Positions 38,805 through 51,889 of a stretch of DNA of 64,000 nt are shown in pieces. How positions within the stretch are numbered: position 1 is the first letter of the stretch; the number at the start of each line of letters is the position of its first letter. The stretch covers positions 1,697,029 through 1,761,028 of the forward strand of contig NW_008246068.1 in the NCBI RefSeq assembly GCF_000281045.1. The letters run 5' to 3'. The notes below the pieces were generated by a model, which saw nothing but the letters and a program-made list of their open reading frames with translations, was not told the origin of the DNA and ran no database searches. A program made the translations under genes and the position numbers. The DNA comes from Saprolegnia diclina VS20. Lineage: Eukaryota.

Positions 38805-40508
38805 CTACAAGTCGTCGTGCAACGCGCGACGTTGTGCAAGGTGCAGGAACCCATCGTCCGGTGTCGCATCGGTGTACACCCGGGGCACCGCGTGCTGGTC
38901 CAAGACGGGCATCCAGAGGGCCCACGCGTGCAGGATATCACCGACGCTCATGAAGTACCTGACCAACGAGTTGGGTGTTTTCCATTTCACAAAGGCACGT
39001 ACCGGCGGTCCCCACGCAAGATTGCATCGACCAAATAGGTGTAGGCTGAGTCGTGCTGCGTCGACGCCGGCGAGAGCTGCGTCGACGCCGGCGAGAGCTG
39101 CGTCGACGACGCCCAGACCCAGCCTGTAGGGAGCTGTACCTGGGGCGACAGGGCGGCACAGACGTCGATGACAATGCCTTCGTCACGCCCCTTCTGCAGT
39201 CCACTGTGTACAAGACAATATGTAGGTTGGACTAGACCTGGAGGACGATGCGCACGGTGCAGTTGGGCACGCCTCGCGCGTGCCACGTCATGGTTGTCGA
39301 CCGGTATGCGACCGCTTTGGCGGCTGAAATCGCTATGGACGTAGCCGGGGCACGCGCGAATTGCACGGCGGCCGCGGTGGCCGTCGTCGAATGCGACGTA
39401 TTGGCGTGCGCCAAGTACGACTGGTACTGTCCATGGACCACCTACGGAACAGCATGCAGCTACGAGAAGAACGCGAGGTATTGTGACCTCTTGGAGTGCA
39501 AGCGACTGCGTCAGCGCCTTGCGGTCGTCCTACGAGTGCGCTCCAGCGCTGACCACTTGCTATTGCAGCACGCACCTCGGTCGACGCCCCCGCAGCGTGC
39601 AAGAGCAGCACGGTCAAATGGTTGACCATCACGTCGCGCACAATGCCGACGCTAGCGGGAATTGAACCCACGGTCACACCGCCGTCGACGCACCTGTTGA
39701 AAAAGCCTGTCCGACCCGCACACGTCTCGGTCTCGCGCATATGAATCTACGATCGTAGACAGCGAGGCTAGGTATGCAGAGAATATGTGTAAGTACGCCA
39801 ACATGCGTCGCGGCAGGAAGCGACCACCAGTGGGCGTTGGCGCTGACAAAGGCGTCGAGGCCGCGGACGCTCGCCTTGCCGAGGTAGTGGTCGATGAGAA
39901 ACAGCTCGGACGCGTCAAAGTCGACAGCGAGTGCAGCTGCCAGCGCCCGCGCGCTCGCCAAGTCGTGGCCGAAAGGCTTCTCGACCACGACGCGCAGCCA
40001 CGGGCGACTGGGGTGGCGCAAATACGTATGGATGAGCGCACACGTCTAGCTCGCAATCAACACCACGCAGGTGCTTTCCAGCAAGTTATGGTCGCACCGC
40101 CTGGAAATATGTGGGCGGGATCGCAAGGTAGACAACGAGGCCGGCGTCCTGCTGCCACTCGGGTCGGGCGGCCAGTGCCGCGTAGTCGGCGGCCGTCGAC
40201 AGCTGTGCATAGCTACAAGATGCATCGCAACATCAAGACGTGATTCAGCAAGAGATTGAGGGAGAGCACTGCAGAGGAAGCGACGGCGGTCGGATCGAGG
40301 CGAGGCGCGGCGCAGCGACACCCGGCGGGTCCGTGCCGGCGGCCCACAGCTCGACGTCGTGGCGGGCGTGGAGAGCCTCGAACGCAGGCCAGAGGTACTT
40401 TTGGGCAAGGTTGCCCGTGCCGCCGATGACGAGGACCTGCGTGCGTGCGTGGCTGCTCGGCCAGCAGCAGGTCGCGGCGACAGCGATCGCGACGAGCAGG
40501 CAGCGCAT
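38805..40508 (-). CDS. Secretory-pathway glucose/hexose-6-phosphate dehydrogenase (H6PD-like), multi-exon
   Basis: Signal peptide, GGTGNLAQKYLWP, RVVVEKPFGHD, IDHYLGK, GIVRDVMVNHL, AYTYLV; C-terminus HDDL*. Confidence 0.82.
39055..39108. repeat. 21-bp tandem repeat (about 2.6 copies), encodes STQLSPA in the H6PD-like gene
   Basis: GCTGCGTCGACGCCGGCGAGA x2 plus a partial copy. Confidence 0.9.
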
Positions 40509-40626
40509 GGTTGAAGCGCTGTGGCTTATTCGGTTGTTGGATTTTGACCAATGGCATCGCGGTATCCCGTCACATACAAGATCCCATATCGTTCAAGTGA
40601 GCTGCGAGAGTGCATAAGTTTCGCCC

Positions 40627-43600
40627 ATGTTCCAGCGGGACGCCGACCTCAAGCCCGGCGGGAAGGCCGCGCTCGTGGAAGCGGCGCGATTGAAGCGCGA
40701 CGAGCGCGAGAAGCGGCGCGCCATGGAGGCCCATGTGGTGCTGCTGCAGTCGCTCGCGCGACGCTGGCTGAGCACGCGGTCGACGCTGGCGACGTGCCGA
40801 GCCGACCTCGATCGGAAGCTCGCCGACGTCGCGACCTTGGAGAGCGTGCTGCAGCGCGAGATTGTGCTACCGGGCGCGGCGCTTGTGCCCATGCTCCACG
40901 CTGCCTTCTTCATTCTGCGCGCCGGGGCCATCGCCGCGCAGGATGTCCCGCGCCTCCTCGGGCTTGTGCAGCGTGCGCATTCGAATTGGCGTCTCGCCGA
41001 CAAGCAGTGGGCGGCCGCCTTTAGCGATGTCCCAATCGAACTTGTGCGCTACCTCGTCCTTGCCTGCCTTGAGCTCGCAGTGTATCCAAGCGCAGCAGCC
41101 GCGCTCGCGTTTGTGGACGACCTTGTTGGCACTTCGGTTCGACCCGATACGCTGACAGCATGGACTACGACTTGCGTGGAATAGGTACCGACACGATCAG
41201 CCGCGCAGCTCGCACTCGGCGCGTACCTGGCGCAGGACCGCTTGCTACGTCCTTGGGCGGGGCGTGCCACCAACGTAGGACATGACTTTCCATCCGTTGA
41301 TATCTTGATACTGTGACAAGGTGGCGGGTCTTCTGCGATCTGTGGTGCTGCGTTCGGAGGTCTCGACAAGCCTCTCGTCGTTCTACGAGCTCGTGCTCTT
41401 CCTCATGGCCGACCTCCAAGACGCCCCGATTCCGACGCTCCTGATCGAGGTTTCGATCCTCACTCTCCCCGAGATATCTTTGTCTATCGACGTGGCGTAG
41501 GTACTGACGCTGCCAACGCTTCCCGAGACGCTGCCACCCAGCGCGATCGCGACGCTACAGTCGCTCTGGCCTCGCCTGTTGGCAGCGCCCGTGGCCGACG
41601 CCGCTGCCCTGCCGCCGTCGCCGATGCCGGGGTTAAACAGCGCGATGTTCCTCCTTGCAAACATGCTCTGGCTTGCCTCGTCGTACGTACTACGAATATG
41701 GTGTGACGGGTATTCTGCAGCGAAATGGAGTAGAATGAACCTCGAGGCGTCGATGCCTGCATTCGTCCACTGGGCGTGGACGATGCTGCAGGTCGTCTCG
41801 GATGCGACCTATGGCGGCATGGCCTGGGTGCACGTCTCGGCGTCGCACTCGGTGCCGGCGCCCGTGCCACCGGCCGTGACCCGTCACCTTGAGTACCTCT
41901 ATAGCCCCAAGATGGTAGTTCTTCCTTCATACACTTTGGCTCATCGATGCTTTGTAGATTCGAGCGATCGTGCCCCGGGGCTTTCGTGTGGATGTGACCA
42001 AGATCGCTACGCCGCTGACGACGACACCTCCGACGCCAATGCTGCCAAATGCCATCCTGAACGAAGTATTCCATAGCTCTATCTATCGCTCTCCGAGGTA
42101 TAGCACTGACGCTAGGAACTAGGAGAAATTTGGGTTTGGTAACATTGCGCAGCAGTCGGGCTCGTCGATCTGGAAGCGGTTCTGGCACCGCTCCAAGCCT
42201 CAGTGGGCGACCAAGCTCTTTGGCACATCGTCGCGGTCCAAGGCGCCGGCCAGTAGCAGCGCCAAAGCCAACGACCATCGCGCGCCCACTGCATTTGATA
42301 GCGCGCTCTTCACGTCGGTCGCCAAGCTCTATGGGCTGTTTCTCTTCCGCTGGACGCAGCGCGACGCCAAGGTGCCGCACACGCTCCTGAGTGCGCTCGC
42401 CTTCTTCAAGACGCGTGACGGCACGTCGCTTGTCACCACCTTGTGGCTGTTCTTGCAAGAGTCGCTCGACCTCTCCGCCTACGCCGAGGTGCATGATCCC
42501 TGCATGCTTCTGGATCGTAGTAGCTGATGGACGGCGGGCGTAGTCGACGGCGTTGGAGGCGACGTCGGCGGGCGATGCAACCGGCAACGTGCTCTACCTC
42601 TTTGTGCAGTGCTACAACCAACTGCTGGTCGTCCTCGATGACGACGAGGTACCTCGATATCTTGATACCTTGATGCAGTTGGGGTGTATCAAGTGACGCG
42701 GGTACTAGATGTACGACCGCATGTACCCGCTGCCTCTCTTTGAGGTCGAGCGCGTCGTACTCTTCTTCAAGCCGATGCTGTTCCGGGCCTATGACGCGCC
42801 GCGACGCGTCGACAGCTTCGGGGACCGCCTCGTGGCCGGCGCGACGCTGCTCTTGCAGCAGCTCTACAACCGCTGTGCGCGCACCCCGTTCTGCAACGTC
42901 ACGAGCTGGTAGTCCAAGGACATAGTCCACTGTACAAACATAAGGGTTAGGGTCCTCTCGAATATGGACGGGTCGTCAGTCCTCGAGCGCATACTCAAGA
43001 ACGAGCCACAAGCTCTCCAGCTGATCCAGCACATGCCCTACTTGCTCATGTATGCGGACCGCGTCCGCCTGTTCGAGGCTTGGGTCCGTCTTGACCGCGC
43101 ACAGTACCGCTCGATTCTCCAATGTCGGTGTTGAGCTATCGCGTTAGGCACCAGGCCCCGGACGTGCCGGGCTTCCGCATCAACATTCGCCGCGGGTACA
43201 TCCTCGAGGACGGGCTCACGAAACTCAACGTCATCAAGCGTGATCTCAAAAAGAAAATTCAGGTATGGTCGTTTTGAGATGTTGCGATTCAGAAAAAAAT
43301 TGATACATCAGGTGCACTTTATCAACGCGGCCGGTAGCGAAGAAGTGGGCATCGACGCGGGTGGGCTCTTCAAGGAGTTTTGGACCGACCTGAGCGCGCT
43401 CGCGTTCGACCCCAACTACGGCCTCTTCAACGTCACCAGAGACCAGCTCTTGTACCCGAGCCCGCACTCCGAGACGGTGCACCAGAGCGACAGTCTCTTG
43501 TTCGAGTTCCTCGGGCGCATCCTCGGCAAGGCGCTGTACGAGGGCCTCGTCGTGCAGCCGCGTTTTGCGCGCTTCTTCCTCACCAAGCTTCTCGGTCGGC

Positions 43601-44438
43601 CCAACCTCTGGCACGACCTCCCGTCCCTCGACCCCGAGCTCTACAAGGTGCATGTCTACTATCAATGTATCAAGCACGACCGAGGTATTAGAACCTGTCG
43701 TTTCTCAAGAGCTACGAAGGCGACGTGGCCGACCTCGGGCTCACGTTCAGCATGGACCAAGATTGCTTTGGCGTCGCCGTACGTCCGTCTCGGTTCTGGT
43801 CTCGCTCGATACCTTGATACGTTAGAAACACGTTGAGCTGATGCCGGGCGGCGCGACGATGGCGGTCACCAGCGACAACCGACTCCGCTACGTGCACCTC
43901 ATGGCGCACTTTTACCTCAACACGCAGATCCAGCGGCAGAGCGGCGCGTTCCTGCGTGGTCTCCAGGACGTGATCGACGTCAAATGGCTCCACCTCTTCA
44001 ACGAGCCCGAGCTCCAAGTGCTTATTTCGGGCACGTCGCAGGCGTTGGACGTGGCGGTAGCGGCCTTTGTACGTATTGTGTGGCGCTCAGTAGGGTGCAT
44101 AGGACCTCAAGCAAGCGGCGACGTTTGCTGGCGGCTACTTTGGCCACGAGAAGCGGGTGCAGTGGCTCTGGAAGGCGCTCGAGAGCTTCTCGCCCGCGGA
44201 CCAAGCGCGCTTCCTGCGCTTCGTCACGTCCTGCGAGCGCGCGCCGATTCTAGGCTTTGCATCGCTCCACCCACCTTTTGTCGTCCAGCGCATTTCGATC
44301 GCCAAGGACGACGAGAAGTTGCCGTCGGCGGCCACATGCTTCAACACACTCAAGCTGCCGACGTACTCGAGCTACAAGGTGCTCCGGGAGAAGCTCTTGG
44401 TGTCCATCAATGCCGGCGCCGGCTTTGAGATGACGTAG
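40627..44438 (+). CDS. HECT E3 ubiquitin ligase, UBE3B/UBE3C (UPL6/7)-like, many introns
   Basis: IQ-like LQSLARRW N-terminus; GIDAGGLFKEF, FLGRILGKALYEG, LFNEPELQVLISG, FVTSCERAP, LPSAATCFNTLKLP, GAGFEMT. Confidence 0.92.
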
Positions 44439-44825
44439 CTAACTGAACCAAATTCATTGCGATCTTCCACTCAGAACTTAGTGGCAACGGAAAAGGACCT
44501 CGCTTGTGGACCAACATTCTGTTGTCCGCGATCGTGGCGATCGTCGGTCGTGGTGTTTAAACGCGTTAAAGATAGTTGCGACGGAGTTGAGCGTGGTGGC
44601 CTGTCTCGGACGCTCGCACCGTCGGCGCCGACGACCAAGGGGCGGTTCGAGTCTCGTGGCGACGACCGCGCCTCCATCGACTCGACACCCCGACCGCTAC
44701 ACTGTACTAGTACCTACTGCAGGCCTGCGTCAAGACTGCCGGCAATTATGACGTTTTAGAGGCGCCAAGTACGTTAAAAAGCTCACATCGGATTAACGCG
44801 TTAGATTAACGCAACGAAAAGGCGC

Positions 44826-45416
44826 TTAGACCGTGTAGGCCGGGAGCGTGTCGGCGGGGCCGAAGCGGCACTGGCCCTGCGTGTACGAGCCGACCTGGGT
44901 CGACATCTGGGCGATCGTGCAGCAGCCGCAGCAGAACGAGCAGAGGAAGTCCTCGCACTCCGAGCCGGGGATCTTGAACATGACACGGATCTTGGTGCGG
45001 ACCGACGCGATAAAGATGACGTAGATGAGCGAGACAAGCGAGGCAAATAGGCCAAAGTACGTCAAGTGCCAGTGGCGGAAGTCGTCGAGGCCCCACTCGT
45101 TCTGGTGCGCGAGGCTCTCCTCCCACTCGGCCTGGGCGTTGACGTCGAGGTTGTTCAAGACAAACTTGGCGACGACGAGGAGGAGCGCGACGATGAGCAC
45201 GCGCGTGTAGCCGCCGTAGACGCCGACGCGCGACGCGATCTGGGCGAGCGAGACGCACGGGCAGCACCACGCCATGAGCGTGTTGGGGCAGAAGCTCTCG
45301 AGGCAGTCGAAGATGCCGGCCTTCCAGAAGACGCCCTGGTGCACAGGCTCGCCCTGGGGCACGGGCGCGTAGAGCACGGGCTGGCCCGTGAGCGGAGCAG
45401 ATTCGGCCTTGGACAT
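44826..45416 (-). CDS. PLAC8-family Cys-rich membrane protein, copy 1
   Basis: WKAGIFDC, WCCPCVSLAQI, RTKIRVMFKIPGSECED, CCGCCTIAQM. Confidence 0.9.
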   Translation of the reverse strand: MSKAESAPLTGQPVLYAPVPQGEPVHQGVFWKAGIFDCLESFCPNTLMAWCCPCVSLAQIASRVGVYGGYTRVLIVALLLVVAKFVLNNLDVNAQAEWEESLAHQNEWGLDDFRHWHLTYFGLFASLVSLIYVIFIASVRTKIRVMFKIPGSECEDFLCSFCCGCCTIAQMSTQVGSYTQGQCRFGPADTLPAYTV

Positions 45417-45771
45417 GCTTTCGACTGGTGGAAGATTCAGGTATGACCACTCCGTTCTGACTGGCAACGGGCGGAAGAGTACGCGAAGTTGACCTGCTTT
45501 ACGGTCACATGCGGTTACTTTCCCTTGATGACCGTCTCGAGCGGTTAATGTCCCGTCCACGCGAGGTGATAGGGTCGCGCTCATTGGCTCCTGGACTGGG
45601 CGGACGACTGCGACATGCAAACATCTCGGGTTTCTTGAGCTTCGATCAGCCAAGCAGCTGCAGATGGGCCAGCTGCGACCGGCTGCAGCCACTCACTCGG
45701 CCTCTCGTTGGCGGTCGATATCAATTCATTGAGAGATATATCACTCCCAAGATGCGATGTGGATTCGGCGC

Positions 45772-46388
45772 TTAGACACTGTAGCTAGGCAGCGTATCCC
45801 GCGCGCCAAAACTACAAACCTCGGGCGTAAATGCGTCGATCTCGGCGCCCAGCTGCACGAGCGTACACCAGAAGCAGCAAATGGAGGCAACGTGGTCTTC
45901 GAGCTCCGAGCCGACGAGGTAGTAGACCCCGCGCACGCGCGTCCGGACGGCGCCGAGCACGACCGCGACCGTGAGAAAGCACAGCAGTGCGAGGGTTTGT
46001 AATAACTGGTGGGAGCACACGGGCATGGCAGACGACGCTTCGCTGTCGAGGACCGTCTCGCTCATCGCGTACAGAAGCAGCCCCGACACAATCAAGCCCA
46101 TGACGCCACACAAAACGCGGTGGTAGCCGCCACAGACGCCGACGCGGCCTGCGATTTGCGCCAGCGCGACGCACGGACAGTACCACGCCATGGGCCCTAG
46201 TACATGTACAGGCGACGTGAAGGCTGGATCATTGGAGTCGTTGGTCGACTGCGTATACCGTTGGGGTAGAGATGCTTGCAGGCAAAGAGACTGGAGCGCC
46301 ACGCATTTGGCTCTAGTACTATGATGGGAATGGCCGTCGGGATCGGCACCGCGAGCGGTGCTTCGGCGTCGACCTGCTCTCGATACAT
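45772..46388 (-). CDS. PLAC8-family protein, copy 2 (one intron)
   Basis: WRSSLFAC, WYCPCVALAQI, RTRVRGVY, CCFWCTLVQL, C-terminal DTLPSYSV parallels copy 1. Confidence 0.85.
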
Positions 46389-47094
46389 GCTCGGTGAGCT
46401 GCCAAGCTCGAAGGCGCCATCATCATGGCGCCGTTTCTTAACCTCCAACCACGACCGCCACCGGACAACAAGATGGTGGCGCCCAGCATTGCGCCCAAGT
46501 ATTGTGGTCGCAGAGTGGGACTCGGCAGCGTACGCTCGGCCGTCTGAGTCGTCGCGCGATCTCTGCAAAGCAGCAGCCTGGTCCTCCAGTCATCGGGTTG
46601 AGAGTGTGTGTGGTCAAGAGTGTGTGCTTTGAGGCGTGGCGTGGCTTGGCCCTCGCAGGTCGCTGGCGACGCGTTGGCCGACGAGCCGGGCGGTTTGATC
46701 GCGCTAGCTGACGCGAGGCGTAGGTCGCAGGCGGAGGCCCAGCATATCACCTTGGGCAAGCCGTCAACCGGGAAACTAACGCGGAGCCATCCGGTTGCGA
46801 CCGGTTACTTTCCCAAGATCGCCACCCGTATGCATTGCGATCCCGCGTTAGTCGATGTTTGAAGCCGCGTCGATGCAACGCGCCCGTCGACTCTATGTAC
46901 ATTCACTGCTTTCTAGTCGAACGGACATGCGTCTAGTACATACTAGCTCGTCTTGACCCCTCCCAAGTACACTAGCAGTATCTACTTTAGTTCATTGCAG
47001 TGGAATGGCGACGTATGGTCTGTTGATGCACAGAAGCGTTCAATAGGACAAGGGATTATACGAAGCGGTATCAGTCGTTGTGCCGGCGCGGAGG

Positions 47095-47242
47095 NNNNNN
47101 NNNNNNNNNNNNNNNNNNNNNNNNNNNNNNNNNNNNNNNNNNNNNNNNNNNNNNNNNNNNNNNNNNNNNNNNNNNNNNNNNNNNNNNNNNNNNNNNNNNN
47201 NNNNNNNNNNNNNNNNNNNNNNNNNNNNNNNNNNNNNNNNNN
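47095..47242. other. Assembly gap (N run)
   Basis: Run of n. Confidence 1.
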
Positions 47243-49624
47243 GCCCTTTTGCAGGAAGGCTTGGAAGTCGTTGTGCACGGAGGCGAGGAGGTCCCGGGAC
47301 GCAGCACACGCGATGCGGAAGCTCTGTTCGTTGGCGGCCGAGACGAGCAGCACGAGCGGCTCGTCCGCGTCTTTCCCATTCGACTAGCACGTGGCCATGA
47401 GACGACACTATCAAGGTATCAACCCGTACCTCGTAGCCCGAGCCACGCCCGCGCAGGCGCACCTTGGCGTTGCCCCCGGCGTCGGCAATGATGCGCTTCA
47501 TGTACGACCCCGCCGGGCCGATGATGCGGCGGACGGGCCCAAACTCGTGGTCGGCTTCAATCCCCACTGGAATCTTCTCCAAGAGCTCGCCGGTTGCCGT
47601 CGTTGTCGTCGTCGTCGTCGTCGTCGGTGCAGAGGTTGTCATGGTCGGTGGAGCCGTCGTCGGCGCCGAGGTCGCGCTTGTCGCCGTCGACGGATCGACG
47701 GGCGTGAGCAGCTCGCCGTTGGGCCCGAGGTTGGTCGCGCCGCAGCGCTCGGCAAAGACGTTGGCGAGGGCTTGCGTGGCCGCGAGCGTGAGCGGCCCGA
47801 TGCGAATCCCGCGCTCGAGGCCCGGCACGCTCTTGAGGTGGTCGTTGAGCACCGGCGGAGCGTTCAAGACGACCTGGAACCGGACTTGGATCGGGAACGG
47901 TGACGGAACGTTCGGGCTGTGCGCGAACGCGTTGGGCACCATGTTGGGCACGATCGGCGTCACGGCTTCAAACATCCCGAGCACGTGGCGGTCCGACATG
48001 TTGATCAAGAAGAGCGGTGCCCCGGGGCGCACGTTTTTCGCCGCCACTTGCTCCTACGCACAACGAGGTAGGAGGTTGCAATCAGATCTGGTAGCGTACA
48101 TGGTCTTTGGCGAGCCCGAAGAGCATGCGCCCAAACACCTCGTCGATCGTCGTGCCGTTGCACGCAAAGACAAAGCCCGGGAGGTTGACCTGCCACCGGT
48201 GCGCGGGCGGCGCCAGCGGAATCGACGGGTCGACAAAGCCGGCGACCGACTCGGCCGCCATGCGGCGGCGCGTCGCGAGCTCGAGGGCGCCGCCCGGCAG
48301 CTTCATCTCGTCTTCGACCGACTTTAGGTGCAGCCGGATCATCGGGTGGAAGAAGAGCTTGTGCATGAGTCCATGGCCGCATTCCTTGACGAGCGTCGCG
48401 CCGTTCGGTCTACACCAGAGACGACAATCATGTACACGCTTCAGACAACGATGGAGCCTACGTCTTGGAGAGCGGTGTCTCGGTCGTCGTTGGGATCGTA
48501 TCGGCCGTCTCGTACGGGATCTCGGCCGTCCGGAGCCACTGCACGCCGATCGCATGGCGCCACTCGCTGTGCGGCAGCGTGGTAGCGTCGAGCGGCGTCG
48601 CTGACGCCTCGTCGGCCGGCGCGGGCGGCAGCTGCATGACGCGGGCGACGCACTGGATGTGCAAACTCGGGCTCACCGTCAAAAACACAAACACCTACGC
48701 ACGTTAGAACCCTGGACGCCGAGGGAACTGGCGTACGTTGTCGAACGCCATGGACGCGTCCGTGATCGCCTTGAGCACGGGCAGCGACACGGCCCACTGG
48801 TTGTGGTGCATCGACTGCGCGACGTTCTGGTAGCTGGCCGATCGCAGGTAGAAGTACGCCGAGCGACCCGTGTCGTCCGGCAGCATGGGCGCGTGCACTT
48901 CCGGCGCCTTGTGCGAGGGCCCGCTGCTGTGGTGGCCGCGGTCGCCGCCGCGGTCGCTCGGGCCGCGGTCGCCGCCGCCATGGTGGTTGTCGCCCTTTCC
49001 GGCGTCCTTGGGGAACGGCCGAAGCTCCTTCTCGCCGTGGGCGAAATGGCACTCGTCGCCAAACGGACACGTGCCCTGCTTTTCCCAGTGCTTGCAGATC
49101 GCAATCTTGAAGAACTCGTTCACAGGCTACGGAACGCATGAGAGGGCATGGGCGAGCGAGAGTACATGTACCTGTGTCTTGCGGCGCTTGGCGCTCTCTT
49201 CTTCGGCGGCCTTGCTCTGGAGGCCAAAGTCGGCGATGACGGGGCACTCGTCGCGCGGCAGCTTGACGTGGCGGTACCGACACGCGCTGCCATGGGAGCA
49301 AAAGCCCTGCTTGTAGAACGCGCACTCCATGCGGTCCTCGTCGGGCACGTGGCGGAAGGGACATTCGGGCACTTGGCACTCCATGCCCCATCGGCACTCG
49401 GGCATCTTGGACATATCGTACTGATGCAGGAACTCGCAGTTGTCGCCCTTCATGCAGAGACCGCGCAGCCAATGCCGGCAGACGACCGTACCTCGCTTGA
49501 AGTCCTTCTTCGCATCTTCGTCCTGCGGCAGCGCCGTCGAGGCCGCGGCGAGCAGCGCGGGCAGCGCGGCCTCGAAGTCGAAGACAAGAGCTTCCTCGTC
49601 GTCGATCCAGATCGTCCCGGGCAT
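47243..49624 (-). CDS. CPSF30: CPSF30/CPSF4-like CCCH protein with additional CCCH, YTH, DCD and KH domains; 3' end lost in gap
   Basis: FDFE, TVVCRHWLRGLCMKGDNCEFLHQYDMSKMPEC (CPSF30); FFKIAICKHW...CHFAHG; YTH-like YFYLRS...QWAV...VQW; DCD-like GFVFACN..T..E...LFGL...PGAPLFL; KH IIGPAG...RLRGRGSG. Confidence 0.85.
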
Positions 49625-50534
49625 CAGAGCGGTGGACCTTAAAGCTCTGCGGCCGACCGGTGCTACGGATAATCGATTTTCTATCCGGAATACCACATGT
49701 GTAAAACGTGTGCTTCTTTGTTCACCCTGGTGGCAATTTCAAAGGCCATTTCCCAGGTAATGCTAGAGCTTACGTCGCGACGAGGGAGCTTCTCCCCTGT
49801 ATGTTATTTAACACTTTTGGTTAGTTAACATCTCAGGACACGGTTGATGGTCATCGCACCGGAACGTGGTGACCTTGGCGCCATTAGCAGCGCCTTGTAC
49901 GGCGTAGACCAGATATTTGGATGAGTCAAGATGCGAGCAAGAGACTGCGATTTGGTGTCCTTCACGCTTGCTGATCAAATCGTCCCAAGCCTCTAGTGAC
50001 TTCCAGATTCTCTGCTCCAGATTCGCGGTCTTGGCTGCTTGACGTGCAGCTGGGCGGCTGGCGTTACCGTGCCGACATGCGTCATGCACCAACGTTGACC
50101 AATCGAGGACGTTGACGCGACCAAGTCAGCATGCAGGATTCCATCATGGCATGGACTCTACGTCGTGCATGGTGTCCACTCGAGTCACTGAGCGTTGCAC
50201 TTGATAGACGCAGCTAACTCGGTACATCTACTTTAGACTGAGAAGAAGGCTAGTCGTCTCGGCAGAGGCGCGATGTGGCGCATCAAGATCGGTCGTCGCG
50301 CCTGTCCGGTAACAACATGTGACAGTCGTCGCAACTTCAACGGCAAACTCGTTCGAGTCGTCTCGACACTCGGTTGCACGTGCGGCAGTGGGCGCTTTGG
50401 CGCCGCGAGCCAATCGGCGCCAGCGTAGCAACGTGATGGCTAGCGACATGTCTCAGGAAGCCACTTGCCGTGCCAAGGTAATCGCCACGGGGCATCCTCG
50501 CCATCCACGTTGGCATCCATTTCGCAACTTCATC

Positions 50535-51889
50535 ATGCTTCGCAAGTCGCTCGCCCGGTCCTTTGCGTCGTCGTCGCTTCTCACGCCCGTCTCGATCGAG
50601 TCGACGCGCATGTCCTACGCCGATATCATTGTACGTACCCATATCCTGCCATACCGTATTTATATACGATCTTTTCCTTGGTAGGACGACGATGGCGGCG
50701 CGCGCGGCCGGTGGCTCAACCACGGCCCGATCCTCGAGCGCATGGACGTCCTCGGCTTTGCGATCTCGGCCAAGCTCACAAAGGGCCCCGCGGCCACCAT
50801 CAGCCTCGACCAAGTCCGGTCCCACCGCCCGGTCTTCTACGGCGACCTCTTCCGCCTCGAAGGCCAAGTGCTCAACGCGAGCCGGTCCGCGACCTCGATT
50901 CAGATCACAGGGTACCGCGTCGACGTCTTGACAGGCGACATCCAGCACACGCACGACGCGATCATTACGCTCGTGGCCATCGATGGTCAAGGTCGCCCGC
51001 GGCCGTCGCTGCCGCCGATGACGTCCGAAGTCGACCCGACCATGATGGACGACCGGTGCGTCGCTTCGATTCGACTCTACTTTCTCACCGCGCGCTAGGG
51101 CGGAGAAGGCGCAGCAGCGCAAGGAGCTGGCGGCCCGCTGGAACGCCGTGCAGGAAGACGTCGACGCGCTGCCGCGGGTCACGGCCGATATGCTGCAGGA
51201 ATTCGAGCTGAGCAAGTACCGGCAGTCGTTTGTGCCTGTCAAGGACACGCTCGTCGAGGTCCAAAACTGGTTCATGCCCAAGCACCTCAACAACAACAAC
51301 ACGATCTTTGGCGGCGACCTTCTCCAGTGGATGGTACGCCCATCGATCCTCAGTGGCCGCGTCCTTCATGCGCTAAGTAGGACAAGGTGGCGGCCTTCTG
51401 TGCTAAGAAGTTTTGCAAAAGCATCAACATGGCGACCGTGTCGGTGAACCGCATTAGCTTCAAGTCGCCCGTGACCACCGAAGACATTGTGTCAATGCGT
51501 GCGCACGTGGTGAGCGTCCGGTACAGTCTACAAGTGCATACGAATATTGTCTTATGTCGTTGGTTGTATGTAGTCGCCACACGCTCGAGGTCGAAGTCGA
51601 GGTGTTTGTCGAGCGCATGGGGTCGGGCGAGAAGAAGAAGTCGCACTCGGGCTATTTCACCTGCGTCAACCTCGACGCGGCGCAGCGCCCGGCGTTCATC
51701 AAGACGGGCCTCGCGGTCGACGAGGCCGACCAGGATGGCATGCGGTACCTGTTGAAGGCGCAGAAGCGCTGGGAGTTTGACTTGGAAGGCCAGCATCTGC
51801 ACCAATTCCCGCCTATTCCGCTCTCCAACAACGAGTTCCCAGTCCCGTTCTCGACCCGACAGCAAGACAAGCTGAACATCAAGATTTAG
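50535..51889 (+). CDS. Double hot-dog acyl-CoA thioesterase, copy 1
   Basis: GPILERMDV, FMPKHLNNNNTIFGGDLLQWM; mitochondrial presequence-like MLRKSLARSF. Confidence 0.85.

Noticed and set aside
39055..39108. 21-bp direct repeats as a possible CRISPR
   Set aside because: No spacers, no cas genes, eukaryotic coding context.
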